Positions 30,250-45,735 are shown, numbered from the stretch's first letter. The stretch: 64,000 nt of DNA from the human T2T-CHM13v2.0 reference genome, Homo sapiens (GCF_009914755.1 NC_060929.1), one strand, 5' to 3'. A program made the numbers and translations. Notes: generated from the letters alone by a model not told the origin.

Positions 30250-30530
30250 TAATTTTAAGTATGATAATGGGATATATATATAGTTATGCTAACAAAACTA
30301 TTTTTTATGTCTCAGAGTTACATACTGAGATTATCAATGGTTAAATTATATCATGTCTACCATCATTCAAATTAATCCAAAAAGGGTTTGGAGGAAGAAG
30401 CAGTTGGAATGGAATTGGTCATAGGAAAATTGTTTTGGCCCTGGGTCATGAGTATATGTGGATTCATTATAATATTCTGTCTACTTTCACGTATGTTTGC
30501 AATTCTCCATAGCTTCCAAGTAAAATGAAA
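30250..30530 (+). mobile_element. L1ME-type 3' end fragment
   Basis: GGATTCATTATAATATTCTGTCTACTTTCACGTATGTTTGCAATTCTCCATA resembles L1ME 3' terminus. Confidence 0.55.
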
Positions 30531-31271
30531 AAGATATTCTAGTTTATGAAATATAAGCCCATTTGAAACAACCTGGCCACCCCACTAAAGAATCTCCTTT
30601 GAATAAATGCTTTACAGAAAGACTGAAAGGTAAAGGCCTTGAGAAGGTGGACGAATGTCCATTAGGAACTGACATGACAGTAGCAATCTTAGAAATGATG
30701 TCTGGGTAGTGGATGTCAAGATAGCTCCCCTGGCCTGCGTTAGTCCCCACTTCCAACTTCTTGGTGAGGAATCAGATGATTCTGCAGAACAGCATCCTGG
30801 ATGGGTCCTGAGCACTCTGGGAGCTCTAACTTCCTAGTTCCAGATATTAGCACCATGCCACCCCTCTCCCAGATTTCCCATGGTGATAAATCAGCTCTTC
30901 AGTACCCTCACCAAAGGGTTGGCACTCTTTTCAAGATTCCTTTAATCACTTCCTTTAATATACGACACTTTCAGGCCCACAACTATATAACAAATAATGT
31001 CTAACACAATTCTTTGTCTTCTAAAGTTAGTCCTTTATCATGTTTCTTAAGAAAAATCTGTTCAGCTTGAATTTATAGTTTCCACTATAGAGAAAATTTT
31101 TTTTCAAAGCTTTCCTTGTCTCTACCACCCCAATAACAATTTATCTGTTCAGTTGTGTTTGTCTGGATTGACTCTTCTTTCCCTTATTTTCTATGTGTTT
31201 GTTTTCATCTAATCAAGAAAAACCTTGAAAGTAAAGTTTGTCCCCAAGTCCTCCCGTAAGAAAACTCCTAC

Positions 31272-31644
<373 letters not shown>

Positions 31645-31999
31645 TTATTTTCCATAAGTTATTGGGGAACAGGTGGTGGTTGGTTACAAGAGTAAGTTCT
31701 TTAATGCTGATTTGTGAGACTGTGGTGGCACCTATCACCTGAGCAGTATACACTGTACTTAATTTGTAGTCTTTTATCCCTCATCCCCTTCCCACCCTTT
31801 CTCCTGAGTCCCCAAAGTCCATTGTGTCATTCTTATACCTTTGCATTCTCATAGCTTAGCTCCCACATTTTAGTGAGAACATACAATGTTTGGTTTTCCA
31901 TTCCTGAGTTATTTCACTTAGAATAATAGTCTCCAACTTCATCCAGATGGCTGTGAATGCCATTAATTCATTCCTTTTATGATTGAGTAGTATTCTATC

Positions 32000-32058
32000 A
32001 TATATGTATATATGTATATTATATATACATACATATCTATATATATATATATATATAT
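32000..32058. repeat. (TA)n-rich microsatellite in L1PB 3' region
   Basis: TATATG/TATATA array. Confidence 0.85.
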
Positions 32059-33880
32059 CACTGTTTCTTTATCCACTCATTGATTGATGGGCATTTGGGT
32101 TGGTTCCACGGTTTTGCAATTGCAAATTGTGCTGCCATAAACACGTGTGCAAGTATTTTTTTCATATAATGGCTTCTTTTCCTCTGGGTAGATACCCAGT
32201 AGTGGGATTGCTGGATCAAATGGTAGTTCTACTTGTAATTCTTTAAGGAATCTCCACCCTGCTTTTCGCAGTGGCTGCACTAGTTACATTCCCTCCAGCA
32301 CTGTAGAAGTGTTCCCTTTTCACCACATCCACACCAACATCTATTATTTTTTGATTTTTTGATTATGGCCATTCTTGAGTGTAAGTAAGGTGGCATCGCA
32401 TCATGGTTTTTATTTGCATTTTCCTAATGATTAGTGATGTTGAGCATTTTTTCATATGTTTGTTAGCCATCTGTATATCTTTTTTTTGAGAATTGTCCCT
32501 ATTCATGTCCTTAGTCCAGTTTGTCATGGAATTGTTTCTTTTTTTCTTGCTAATTTAATTTCCTTGTAGATTCTGGATATTAGTCCTTTGTCAGTTGTAT
32601 AGATTGTGAAGATTTTCTCCCACTCTGTGGATTGTCTCTTTACTCTGCTGACTGTTCCTTTTGCTGTGCAAAAGCTCTTTAGTTTAATTAAGTCCCAGCT
32701 ATTTATCTTTGTTTTTATTACATTTGCTTTTGGGTACTTGGTCATGAAATCTTTGCTTAAGCCAATGTCTAGAAGGGTTTTTTCGATGTTATCTTCTAGA
32801 ATTTTTATAGTTTCAGGTCTTAGATTTAAGTCCTTGATCCATCTTGAGTTGATCTTTGTATAAGGATGAAGATCCAGTTGCATTCTCCTACATGTGGCTT
32901 GCCAATTATCCCAGCACCATTTGTTGAAAATGTGTCCTTTCCCTACTTTTTGTTCACTTTGTCAAAGATCAATTGACTGTAAGTATTTGGGTTTATTCTG
33001 GGTTCTCTATTCTGTTCCACTGGTCTATGTACTATTTTTATAACAGTCCATGATGTTTTGGTGACTATGGCCTTATAGTAGAGTTTAAAAACAGGTAGTA
33101 TGATGCCTCCAGATTTTTTCTTCTTGCTTAGTTTTGTTTTGGCTATGCGGGCTCTTTTTTGGTTCCATATAAATTTTAGGATTTTTTTTTTAATTCTGTG
33201 AAGAATGATGGTGGTATTTTGATGTGGATTGCATTGAATTTGTAGATTGTTTTTGGCAGTATGGTCATGTTCACAATATTGATGCTACCCATCCATGAGT
33301 ATGGGATGTGTTTCCATTTGTTTGTGTCATCTATGATTTCTTTCAGAAATGTTTTATAGCTTTCCTTGTAGAAGTCCTTCACCTCCTTGGTCAGGTAAGT
33401 TCCTAAGTTTTTTTTTTTTTTTTTTTCTTTTCAGCTGCTGTAAAGGGGGTTGAGTTTTTGATTGGATTCTCAACTTGGTCGCTGTTGATTTATAGGAGAG
33501 CTACTGATGTGTGTGCATTAATTTTGTATCCAGAAAGTTTGCTGAATTCTTTTATCAGTTCGAGAAGCTTATTGGAAGGAGTCTTTAGGGGTTTCTAGGT
33601 ATATAATCATATCATCAGCAAACAGTGATGGTTTAACTTTGACTTCCTCTTTACTGATTTGGATGCCCTTTATTTCTTTCTCTTGTCTGATTGCTCTGGC
33701 TAGGACTTCTAGTATTATGTTGAAGAGAAGTGGTGAGAGTGGGCATTCTTGTCTTCTTCCAGTTCTCAGAGGGAATGCTTTCAACCTTTCCCCATTCAGT
33801 ATTATGTGGGCTGTGGGTTTGTCATAGATGGCTGTTACTATATTGAGGTATGTCCCTTGTATGCCGATTTTGCTGAGAGT

Positions 33881-34257
<377 letters not shown>

Positions 34258-35441
34258 TGATTTTTGTTTTTAATTCTGTTTATGTGTTGTATCACATTTA
34301 TTGACTTGAGTATGTGAAGCCATCCCTGCATCCCTGGTATGAAGCCCAGTTGATCATGGTGGCTTATCTTTTTGATAAGTTGTTGGGTTCAGTTAGCCAG
34401 TTACTTTGTTAAGGATTTTTTCGTATGTGTCCATCAGGGGTATTGGTCTGTAATTCTTTTTTCTGGTTATATCCTTTCCTGGTGTTGGTATTAGGGTGAT
34501 ACTGGCTTCATAGAATGATTTAGGGGAGGATTCCCTCTTTCTGTATTGTGTGGAATAGTGTCAATAGGATTGGTATGAATTCTTCTTTGACTGCCTGGTA
34601 GAATTCAACTGTGAATCTGTGTGTGTATTTTTAAAGTATTTATTATTTGGGAGATTGTTTAAAAATGCCTAAGTTACAAAGAGCTTATTTCCCAGCAGAT
34701 CTTGAGAGATCTTTGCATAGATAAGGGTGTATACGCAGAACTTTAAAAGTGATACATTTGAGTTGAACCTATTAATTTCTTAAGTTGTCACAGGAAAAAT
34801 ATCTGTCAAATTATTTTTGACATTTTATACAGTTTACTTTTGTAATTAGTACTGCTATATTCACGTTGCAGAATTAGGTCCATTTCTGCGTACTTTATTC
34901 TTAGTGAACATGAATGATTACTAGTGGAAACCAGCTAGGAAGAATTATAATTGAATAAAAATTTTTAAAAAGTGAATTAATTATTGGAAACTATAATCAA
35001 TTAGGGTTATTCTTCTCAAGGTTAGCTCTTTAAAATACATTTTACAGGTAATATAAAATGCCTCACTTAGTTAAAGTATTTTATACTGATGATAATACAC
35101 CTTATCACAAAGGCAGAGAGAAATCCCTTTCACATGAAATTCCAGTTTTGTTTAATTTTGTTACCTTTACTCTACCATCAATCCAATGGTCAGCCAGCAT
35201 AACAGAAGGCAAAATAATTGGGTTTGTAGTATGACCACTCACTTCTGGAAATGTGGAGAGCTGCAGTATCGAGCAACATCGGTTTCAGCACTGTCATATC
35301 AGTTACGAGTGGACATGTGTCCACTTTCTCAAAACCTTTATCTTACCTTTCAGCCTGACTGTCAAGCATTTGTTCAAAAAAGACTCTTTAGTGGGGTGCC
35401 CATGTTGTTTTAAATGGACTTACAGCTCATAAAATAGAATC

Positions 35442-35773
35442 TCTTTTCTTTCTTTTCTTTTCTTTTTTTGTTTTTGTTTGTTTGCCTGTTTTGAGACCCA
35501 GTATCACTCTGTTGCTCAGACAGTAGTGCAGTGGCTTGATCTTGGCTCACTGCAACCTCTGCCTCCCAGGTTCAAGCAATTCTCTTGCCTCAGCCTCCTG
35601 AGTAGCTAGGATTACAGGCGCAAGCCACTGCGCCTGGCTAATTTTTGTATTTTTAGTAGAGACAGGGTTTCACCATGTTGACCAGCCTGGTCTCGAACTC
35701 CTGGCCTCAGGTGATCCACCTGTCTCGGCCTCCGAAGTGCTGGGATTACAGGCGTGAGCCACCGTCCCCAGCC
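35442..35773 (-). mobile_element. AluS (Sx-like)
   Basis: Dimer with patterned T-rich tail; TSD CTCTTTTCT. Confidence 0.92.
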
Positions 35774-35779
35774 CTCTTT

Positions 35780-36115
35780 TCTATTTTAATTTGAAATTAT
35801 GGACAGTTGCAAACATACATGAAAGTACACAGAGTATTATAATGAATCCACCCACAACCATGACCCATAATGAATCCACCCATAACCATGAGCCAGGGCT
35901 GAAACAGTTCCCTATGACCAATTTCACTCCATCTACTTTTTTCATCCACACCCCTTTTTGGATTAAGTTGAGTGATAGCAGACATGCTATAATTTGAGCA
36001 TTAACTTCAGTGTGTAACTCTAAGTCATAAAAATCCTTTTGGCTAGCATACACATATATACCATTATCATACTTAAAAATTAATTCCTTACTACCATCAA
36101 GTATATCCAATGCAT
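35780..36115 (-). mobile_element. Old L1M (L1ME-like) 3' fragment with internal 28-bp tandem duplication (35839-35894)
   Basis: CAAACATACATGAAAGTACACAGAGTATTATAATGAA L1ME-like start; ATAATGAATCCACCCA(C/T)AACCATGA(C/G)CC x2. Confidence 0.6.
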
Positions 36116-36559
36116 ACAAAAGAGAACGAGAATCTCTGGTGAAAAAACATTTTTCTTAAATGTCCATAAGTTGGTGTTAATTTTACTTTTATTCCAGTTT
36201 CACTCTCTTGTTTCATATCTGATTAAATTCATATGTAATGCTTTCTGCAGTATCATTTTGAAAAATTATTCATTTCTGTATGTCTATCTGTTTAGCTTTC
36301 TATTTGTATACATGTATAAAGAGATGCCTGAAATTACATTTGCATAACACTAGTGAAAGCTTTTTCTGGGTAATGGCATTCAAGTTGAGTTTTTTACAGA
36401 TGTCTGTGTCTACGTGTGTATGCTCACATGCTTTTGGATATCTCCTGGGTTTCTCATAATGCAAAATACATATGTGTATTTTTCTTTCAATAATAAACTT
36501 ATTTCATCATTATATAATGGGATCATAAGTCAATACTGAGTTCAAGGTATGTGTAATTA

Positions 36560-36845
36560 TACTATACAATAAAGACTTGTTTCTTGGTCATACTACACAT
36601 TTGTGGAAGACCAGCACAGAAGTGGGTCTTTGTACACTATAGTCACTTAGGGATCCAAGTGACTAAGCAAGTAACATCTTGAAAATTGTTGGTTACCATT
36701 CAAAGAGGAGAGAGAGTACACTTTTGATGATCTCACACAGGTAACTAAATTCTCAGCCAACAAGTCACTTCAGCTCGTAACTCATTAGCCAGTCTTAAGC
36801 TTTTGGCCGTACCCGAGAATAAGCAGCCCAGAAAACTGCCTACCA
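36560..36845 (-). mobile_element. Probable old MLT1 LTR fragment
   Basis: CACTTAGGGATCCAAG...GTCACTTCAGCTCGTAACTCATTAGCCAG resembles MLT1J/K/L. Confidence 0.4.
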
Positions 36846-37035
36846 CACTAGTTCAATCATTTCTCACATAAATGTGCTACCTACTTTGGAAATATAATTT
36901 TTCTATTTATCTTCTCCTTTTTAAATTTTTGTCTACCAAGGTTTCTATGCAATGAACCAGGAATAAGAACATTTTGCTTAAAAGGAGATACCAAAGAAAG
37001 ACCCTAGCACATCCTGGGACTAAAAGGTGGATGCA

Positions 37036-37333
37036 GCTGGGCACGGTGGCTCATGCCCATAATCCCAGCACTTTGGGAGGCTGAGGTGGGCAGATCACAA
37101 GGTCAAAAGATTGAGACCATCCTGGCCAACATATAGTGAAACCCCGTCTCTACTAACAGTACAAAAATTAGCTGGGTGTGGTGGCGCGTGCCTGTAGTCC
37201 CAGCTACTCAGGAAGCTGAAGCAGAGGAATTACTTGAACCCGGGAGGCAGAGGTTGCAGTGAGCCAAGATGGTGCCACTGCACTCCAGCCTGGCAACAGA
37301 GTGAGACTCCGTCTCAAAGAAAAAAAAAAAAAA
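37036..37333 (+). mobile_element. AluSc
   Basis: GGTCAAAAGATTGAGACCATCCTGGCC and CCTGGCAACAGAG; TSD AAAAGGTGGATGCA. Confidence 0.94.
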
Positions 37334-37387
37334 GGTGGATGCAATTGCATATGCAATCCATTCTAACATGCTCAAAGCTATGCCGTG

Positions 37388-37648
37388 CCAGACACGGGGT
37401 GTAAAGATTGGAGGCCGAGGCTGGAGAATAGCTTGAGCCTGGGAGTTCAAGACCTGCCTGGGCAACATGGCAAAACCCAACCTCTACAAAAAATACAAAA
37501 ATTAGTAAGGCGTGGTGGCATGACCCTGTAGTCCCAGTTACTTGGGGAGCTGAGGCGAGAGGATCAGTTGAGCCTGGGAGGTTGACGCTGCAGTGAGCCG
37601 GTCACTGTGTGACAGAGTGAGACCCTGTCTCAAAAATAAAAATAAATA
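37388..37648 (+). mobile_element. AluJ, degenerate with deletions
   Basis: GCTTGAGCCTGGGAGTTCAAGACC...GCTGCAGTGAGCC; A-rich tail. Confidence 0.85.
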
Positions 37649-37905
37649 AGACTAGACAAGACACAGATGATTTTCTCAAGGGTTTCATAGGCAAATTGAT
37701 GCATTATAATATGTAATAAGCACATGTCTCCTAATGTCACATGTTGTCACCTGGAATTATAAGTTAGTAGACCAACACTGTGTGAACCCCAGCCAAAAGA
37801 AAGCCACAGAAATTTGTCTTCATTTCATCAGAAAACTTTTTCAGACTTCTCCTTCTCAGATATAGTAAAAAAAAAAAAAAAAAACTGAGATAGCTTTCAG
37901 ATTTC

Positions 37906-38355
37906 TTTTTTTTTTTTTTAATTATACTTTAAGTTTTAGGGTACATGTGCACATTGTGCAGGTTAGTTACATATGTATACATGTGCCATGCTGGTGCGCT
38001 GCACCCACTAACTCGTCATCTAGCATTAGGTATATCTCCTGATGCTATCCCTCCCCCCCTCCCCCCACCCCACAACAGTCCCCAGAGTGTGATATCCCCC
38101 TTCCTGTGTCCATGTGATCTCATTGTTCAATTCCCACCTATGAGTGAGAATATGCAGTGTTTGGTTTTTTGTTCTTGCGATAGTTTACTGAAAATGATGA
38201 TTTCCAGTTTCATCCATGTCCCTACAAAGGACATGAACTCATCATTTTTTATGGCTGCGTAGTATTCCATGGTGTATATGTGCCATATTTTCTTAATCCA
38301 GTCTATCATTGTTGGACATTTGGGTTGGTTCCAAGTCTTTGCTATTGTGAATAAT
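37906..38355 (-). mobile_element. Young L1 3' fragment (L1PA2-type, ~450 bp)
   Basis: CACATTGTGCAGGTTAGTTACATATG; ACTAACTCGTCATCTAGC (GAG allele, not Ta ACA); ORF2 C-terminal peptide 38127-38309. Confidence 0.92.
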
Positions 38356-39039
38356 TAGAAGAATTACAGTTACTTCAATTCTCTAACCTATTTATTTCTA
38401 GTCATGTAGCATCCAACTGTCCAATATATTTTTTCCAACATAGTCTTCTCTTATTATATAAGAGATACATGTTTATTATATATATATTTCAAAGTTAAGC
38501 ACAGATATAAATTATTCAGTGCTGAAAGGCCCAAAGGTAACTACTCTCAGCTTTTGGCATATGTCCATGCAGATCGTTTTTGTGCATATGTGTCATGTTT
38601 TATAGATTAGCATTGTCAGTATCAATATGTGCATCTTAGTACATTGAATGTATATTAAATGATGCCACTTTAAAATAGTTCACAATGTCATAAATATTCT
38701 TGTTTCACAATATTACACACATCAATTTTAGTGGCTAAATTGTGTATAATTTTACTATAAGTTACTTATTAATTTTTATATTTTTGAGCATTCAAGTTTT
38801 TTCAGATATTCCAATATTTGTAAGCAATTTTGAATTGAATATCACATCATAATAAGTACATATTAGACTCAACTTTAGTTATTTCCTTTAAATAAATTAG
38901 TAGAAGTAAAATTACTGACTCAAAATGTATGTACATTTTTAGACTTTTGCCATTTCATGTTGACTTACCTTCAAAGCTGTATAGCAGTGTATTCTCCTAC
39001 TGGAAATATGAGCAATGCTTAGCTTAGAAATTTTGTGTG

Positions 39040-39858
<819 letters not shown>

Positions 39859-40579
39859 ACCTGTGTGTATGTATAGACATTAAAAATATATGTAAGTCGT
39901 TATCAATAGATTAAAATTATATATTTTCAGTTTTCACTTTTTGGTCAAGATTTGCTAGTAGATTACAATTATTTTTTAGCAAGTTAAAAAAGGCCAAGAG
40001 AAAATTAAACTCAGGTCACAGGAACAGATAAGAATTAAGTATCCAATAGCTTTATGATGATGAATTGTAAGGATGTTGTTATAAATACAAAGGGCATATG
40101 TGTAACTAGATTAATCATCAAATGTACTTTTATTTTCTCTACATATAAATAAGAACGATTTACATATTTAGTAATCAAAAAAGAGAGAATTTCTGGAGTA
40201 TTTTGAAAAATTGCCCAGAAAAGTGAACTGAAAATCATGATAGAAAATGATAAATGATCTTTCAAATTACTAAGTCAGTTGTGGCAGGTTCCCTAATAGT
40301 TTAATCTGCTCTCATAGTACCTCTCATTATACCTTTTAATAATAAAATACCCCTGAAGGTAATTATCCCTTCCATTTGGTTTCTTAAAATCCTATCTCTG
40401 ATAAACCTCTTAAATGCAGTTTTTACAAAATAAGCTATATAATAAGTGTGGTCATGTTTTAAAAATATTGTAAATGTGGGGATTTTCAGCATAGCTGGGC
40501 CATCATGAGATTCCCATATTTGACAACATACTTCCTATGGAAGAATCAAGTTAACAAACAGTGGAACAAAGCAAAGTAG

Positions 40580-40790
40580 TACTTGGATGGAGAGTTCTGA
40601 GATAGCATGTCCAGTTCCACCTCTGAATCTAGAGACTTGAGTAAATTCTTGAATCTTTCTGAGTGTTAAGTTCTCTAAAATAAAATGGAAGAAATACCTG
40701 ATTTATAAATGTGTGGTATGAATTATGGATGGTAATAGATATAAATATACTTTGTATGTAATAAGACTCTATTCAAACATAAAGTATCAT
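40580..40790 (+). mobile_element. MIR fragment
   Basis: GACTTGAGTAAATTCTTGAATCTTTCTGAGTG...TAAAATGG. Confidence 0.5.
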
Positions 40791-41362
40791 ATTAGCAAAA
40801 CACTTGTAAAAGGAGAAGCATTAACCAGAAAAAAGCATTAGCCAGAAAAGTATTTGTTTTCTTAGAGACAAAGGGCAAAACAATATAGTTTTAGCCATTA
40901 CAGAGTTGATAAGTAAATTTGCAATTGTCTCAAATATTAGTGGTCCTCTGTGAAATGCAGACATATGAAGACATTTTTTACCCTCTCTTTAAAACTCAAT
41001 TACAGAGACCTATAGACACATTACATGTTTTTGCATAAAACTTGATGTATTTCAAGAATATGTAAGTATTATTTACTAAATTATAGTACAATATTATCTT
41101 TTAGGAACACCCTTAAGATATATAAATATACAGTAAATTGAGATATATATCAAATATATAATCAAACATATATTGAGAAATATATAGTAAATCTTAATAA
41201 TAAAAACTACCTTCATCTGAACTCAGGGTTGTGTGACCCTTCTCCTCAGTAATTTCCCAGATTCTGCCTTGAATTTCCAAATCAGCATATACAGTATATA
41301 TATAGTATGAATCTTTAATGGGTCATAGTCATGGGATTTATACTATCAGCACACTCTAGCCC

Positions 41363-41790
41363 TGTGTTAATCCAGCTCCAGTGAAGCAAGCAGAAACTAC
41401 CCTAGGTGTGTATTTCTACAGAAGAAATTAAGTATGAAGAATTGACTGTGCAGGTGTTAACCAAATCATCACAAAAGGGCCACTGAGGCAACCCAAAGAT
41501 AGTAATGGCAGGAGATAGCTACTGCCTTCTGAACTGGGGGGACCAAGAAAGTGGCTAGGGTTATCAGAAATGGGGAGATTGGAAGTGGGACTCTGAAAAA
41601 CTGGTATTCAGACGTGCGAAGGGGCATGGATATCCACTTGGTGCTATTTCTTCAGGACCCTACAGAGCTGAGTCACATCTTTAAGGAATGGATTCTGCCT
41701 AGATAGTGCTGGTATATCTGAGGAGACACACTGAGACTGGTTCAGGGAGGTATGGAAGAGCTGGAGGCTGGGCATTCATTGCTGCTGCAA
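41363..41790 (-). mobile_element. Ancient LTR fragment (LTR33/LTR78-like)
   Basis: GCAGAAACTACCCTAGGTG...AGAAGAAATTAAGTATGAAGAATTG pattern; subfamily uncertain. Confidence 0.4.
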
Positions 41791-42613
41791 GATCAAGAGT
41801 AACTTATGGGGAAGTTTGGGCCCCCCTGCACTTATCAGTGGTGCAGGGTTATAGGATGTACTGTTGCTTGATGATCATCTGTCTTACCCTCTCCTCTTGC
41901 TGCCCTAACCCTCCACATAAGGCAAAGTGTTTGCCAGTGTGTTTCCAGTTTGTGATGCAAACTTAGGAGAATACGGGGCATTTAGGCAGGACTTCAGAAG
42001 CATGAGCAGAGAGAAGGCAGATAAATCTGAAAAGATAAATTTTATTTACCAAGGAGGGAAAAGAGAGAAGAAAAAAATGTCAGCAGCCTTTGGTTGAGAG
42101 AAGAGGGTTTTGAGAATTCAGGGTTTGAAAGACTTTAAAGCAGATGTAGGATAAGAAAGAAGTAGAAATTGGAGGGAAGGGTTTCTGGAAATACTGATAG
42201 AAGACTTCAGTGTTCTTTGAGATGCAAATTAAATTTAGGGTTTAACTATCTGGTAGAGTGTACTCCATAAAGAAATTGAGCCACATGAGTTTCAGCATTT
42301 ATTAAGCTTGTACACAACAGAAGCCAAGTACTTTGCTAGAATTCTGTAGAAAATAGCTGTATAGCTTCCTCCCCATATAATGTTTTCACATCTGTATTAA
42401 GCAGACAGAAGACTACCCAAATGAAACCTCTCCATGTTAGGGAAAAGAAGGTAAAATCATGGAGTGGGAAAGATAACGTTAACTAACCAAACATAAAACA
42501 TTATTAAGGTTCTGTAACAATTGTGTCTATGTGTGTCCTTTAATGAATAAAATGTGAGCACAATTAATAGAATAAATGATACCTAAATGTTAGTAGATAT
42601 CATGATTATGTTG

Positions 42614-42686
42614 TTTCCTACTGACATCTCAACAAATATAAAAAATACACTTTTTCCTACTGACATCTCAATAAAAGAAAATACTC
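42614..42686. repeat. 39-bp-period tandem duplication
   Basis: TTTCCTACTGACATCTCAA at 42614 and 42653. Confidence 0.85.
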
Positions 42687-43128
42687 AACTCCATCATGTT
42701 ACTTAGAAATAAGAAACACCTTAAAATCTTATATTAAAATACCACACAGTTAACAAGCAACTTTCAAACTTTTGAAAAGCAAATGAATAGAAAATAGACG
42801 TTTGGGGCCAGCTCATGTTACTACTGTAGAATCTTTATCAAACTTCTTTTTGCTTTTGTATTGATTTTTTAAGTGTACCTGTGACTGACAAGGCTTTCAT
42901 CTCTGCAATCTAGCACACATGTACATTAAAAGCAAAAGTGAGCAGGCAAACAATGGTTATAATTTACTTTCAATCAAAGAGTTTGCCTGGCTTAAACCAT
43001 TCTTGATTTTTTGGCACACGAAATAAGATCTTCCAAGAGGAAGCTTGCTATGTCTAGACAGCAAATCCTATGACAAATTATAATGAGTTTGGTTAAGTGT
43101 TTAGATATAACTTTACATAAAAGGCATC

Positions 43129-43547
43129 TGATATGGTTTGGATGTTTTGTTCCCTCCAAATCTCATATTAAAATATAACCTGCAATGTTGGAGGTGGTCC
43201 TGTGGAGGGAGTTGGGGGGTTGGTTGGGTCATGGGGATGGATCCCTCATGAATGGCTTAATGCTGTCCTCACGGTAATGAGTGACTTCTCACTCTATAAG
43301 ATCACACAAGACCTGGTGGTTTAAAAGAGTCTGGCACCCTCTCCCCCTCTCTCATGCCCTTTCTCACCATGTTACCTACATGGACTTCTGCCATGATTTT
43401 AAGCTTCCTGAGGTTCTCACAAGAAGCAGATGCCAGCATTGTGTTTCTTGTACAGCCTGCAGAATCATGGGCCAAAGAAATCTCTTTTTGTTATGAATTA
43501 CCTGGTCTCAGGTATTCCTTTATAGCAATGCAGAATGAACTAACACA
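43129..43547 (+). mobile_element. MSTB-like MaLR solo LTR
   Basis: TGATATGGTTTGGATGTTT...GAACTAACACA; perfect 5-bp TSD GCATC. Confidence 0.92.
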
Positions 43548-43559
43548 GCATCTCTCAAG

Positions 43560-43750
43560 TGCTCTGAGTGGATCTTACTAGGATGTATGACCTTAGGAGT
43601 TAATTGACCTTTCCCAAGCTTCAGTTTCTTTACCTACTTAATAAGGAAACCAACGGTGCCTATGTCATGGACTTACTAAAAGAATTAAGTGACACAATGT
43701 TTATATATCACTGAAATATAATTGCCAATATTTAGTAGAACTGTTAGTAG
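43560..43750 (+). mobile_element. MIR
   Basis: TATGACCTTAGGAGTTAATTGACC...TCAGTTTCTTTACCT core. Confidence 0.65.
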
Positions 43751-44609
43751 CAATTACGTGTGGCACCAAGTACCAAGACAGTTTCCAGGATTCCTGAAGA
43801 TTTTGGTGTTATTTTGTCCACGATCATTTCTGTTTTTACGAACTGTCTTCCCCACAAAGATTAATTTATGGCATTTATTGCTTTTTAACATTTAAAATGA
43901 CTTAAACAAATCTGCTTTTACATTCAATGATACTTCTCAAAAAATAGCTCCTCTTCCTCTGAAAACACAAAGGGTAAAAATTACATATATTTTTTTCTAA
44001 AATAAGACTTCTTGGTGAAGATATTTTAAACATTGTTATTATCAGAGGGTAATCATGTACTCAAAATAACATTAATAATAGTGATATAAAAGCTGTAGAA
44101 TATGGAGGTCTTCCATATTCCCACTCTGCAGAAGCTCCTACTTTTACAAGGTCTCCCAACCTCTGTTTCTCTTTATAACAGATCTTCCCTCTTCTGCCTA
44201 ACCAAGTCACGCATTTTACCTACACTATTTATTTTTGCCTTCTGTCTTCAACCCTTAATGCCTCTAACACCATTTTAATTTTAAAAATTCATGTTCTCCT
44301 CTTTTTCTGAATTTTCCCCTTCAGAAAACCCACACACACACAAATATAAGCATGTGCATTCACACAGCGAAACACATACACATGAACACCTGTGAACCTC
44401 TTCAGATAACCATCCATGGTGAAAAACAGAAGACAGAACTGGAGTGGATCTTAGCAAATGTCAGCTCCCATCTTCTAATGTAGAAAGTAAAGAAATAGAA
44501 ACTCCAGGGTATTCAAACAAGCCCCAGGCCCAGCTGGGCTAGGCAGAGGCTCATTCTACTTCCTCAAGCCTGGTCTACAAGTATTTCCAAGGTATTATGT
44601 TGAGTAATA

Positions 44610-44810
44610 TGACTGAATGCATATTGATTGAGCACCTTCTATGTCCCTGTCACTTTCTCAGGCACTGGGGATATAGCTGGGAAAAAAAACTGACAAAATG
44701 TCCACTTTCACATTACTTAGTGATAAAGAACAGATAAGCAAATAAATCTTTAATAGAATGTCAAGGAAAGACAAATTCTTTAAGGAAAAGACAAAACATG
44801 TAAGGTGACG
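44610..44810 (-). mobile_element. L2 3' fragment
   Basis: ATTGAGCACCTTCTATGTCCC...GGCACTGGGGATATAGC. Confidence 0.65.
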
Positions 44811-44834
44811 TTCTACTGCTGAGCAAGTGGTGTG

Positions 44835-45481
44835 TGTTGCCTATTATCAGGAATAGAAATCTGATCATTTCTGTCCACTGCGTCTTGGTATCAGAGTCAT
44901 CAAAGAAAACAACACGGTGAAGCACTGGATGGAACAATGTTTTTACTCACATGGAGAAGAAACTGAGCGAGATCAGCTTCAGTAATGGGCATCGGTCCCC
45001 TAAGCCCAGTGGGTCCCTCCCAGGAGCCGATGCCAGGTACCCCCTTGTACTGCTGCAGCAGGACCTGCCCTCCCAAAAGGGGACAGATATAGTAATGGTA
45101 TTGGCAAGGTGCCATATAATGTACACACTTAAGCAGAACAAAGGAGTACACATTGAATCTGGAATAGGGAAAGGTATTTCAATACAAGGTTTAATTTAAG
45201 CCTAGCACAGACCATGAGAACTCTATCTCTCGATAAGGAAGCGCTCCAGATTAAGACCCATTCATTTTTTTATTTTAATTTTTACTTTTTTAAAAAAATA
45301 TGAGACAGGGTTTCACTATGTTGCCCAGGCTCACCTCAAACTCCTCCCAGGATCCTTCTGCCTCAGCCTCACAAAGTGCTGGGATCCACTGGTGTGAGCC
45401 ACTATGCCTGGCCAAGGCCCATTCTTAATGCATCTGAGAAGGGGTCAAAAAATTATGTGAATGAGGCTGCCTTTCCCAATA
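44835..45481 (-). mobile_element. Probable ERVL-type solo LTR (MER70-like), interrupted by Alu monomer
   Basis: GC-richer ~500-bp unit ending GGCTGCCTTTCCCAATA; family name recalled, uncertain. Confidence 0.45.
45264..45413 (-). mobile_element. FLAM (Alu monomer)
   Basis: Single left-arm monomer with T-rich tail; TSD AAG(A/G)CCCATTC. Confidence 0.85.
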
Positions 45482-45735
45482 TATACCTCACTCCATCTTG
45501 CATGCACAATCATATTAAGCTCTCTGTTCTATAGGCATATCCTACTTGTGCCTTTATGACTACAGATTGTCTTCTCATTAGATCACAGATCTGGCCCAGT
45601 CCTGAATTCAAACCCCAACTTTTGCTCTCCAGGCCCATTGGCCTGCTTTGCTTTTCTTATTAATGTATTCCCCAATCCTTGGTGGACTTGTCTCAAAATT
45701 GGTGGCCCAAGAAGATTGTCCAAACATTACATGGG

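Noticed and set aside
44098-44120. Hairpin GAATATGGA-GGTCT-TCCATATTC
   Set aside because: A 9-bp stem in AT-rich DNA with no supporting context.
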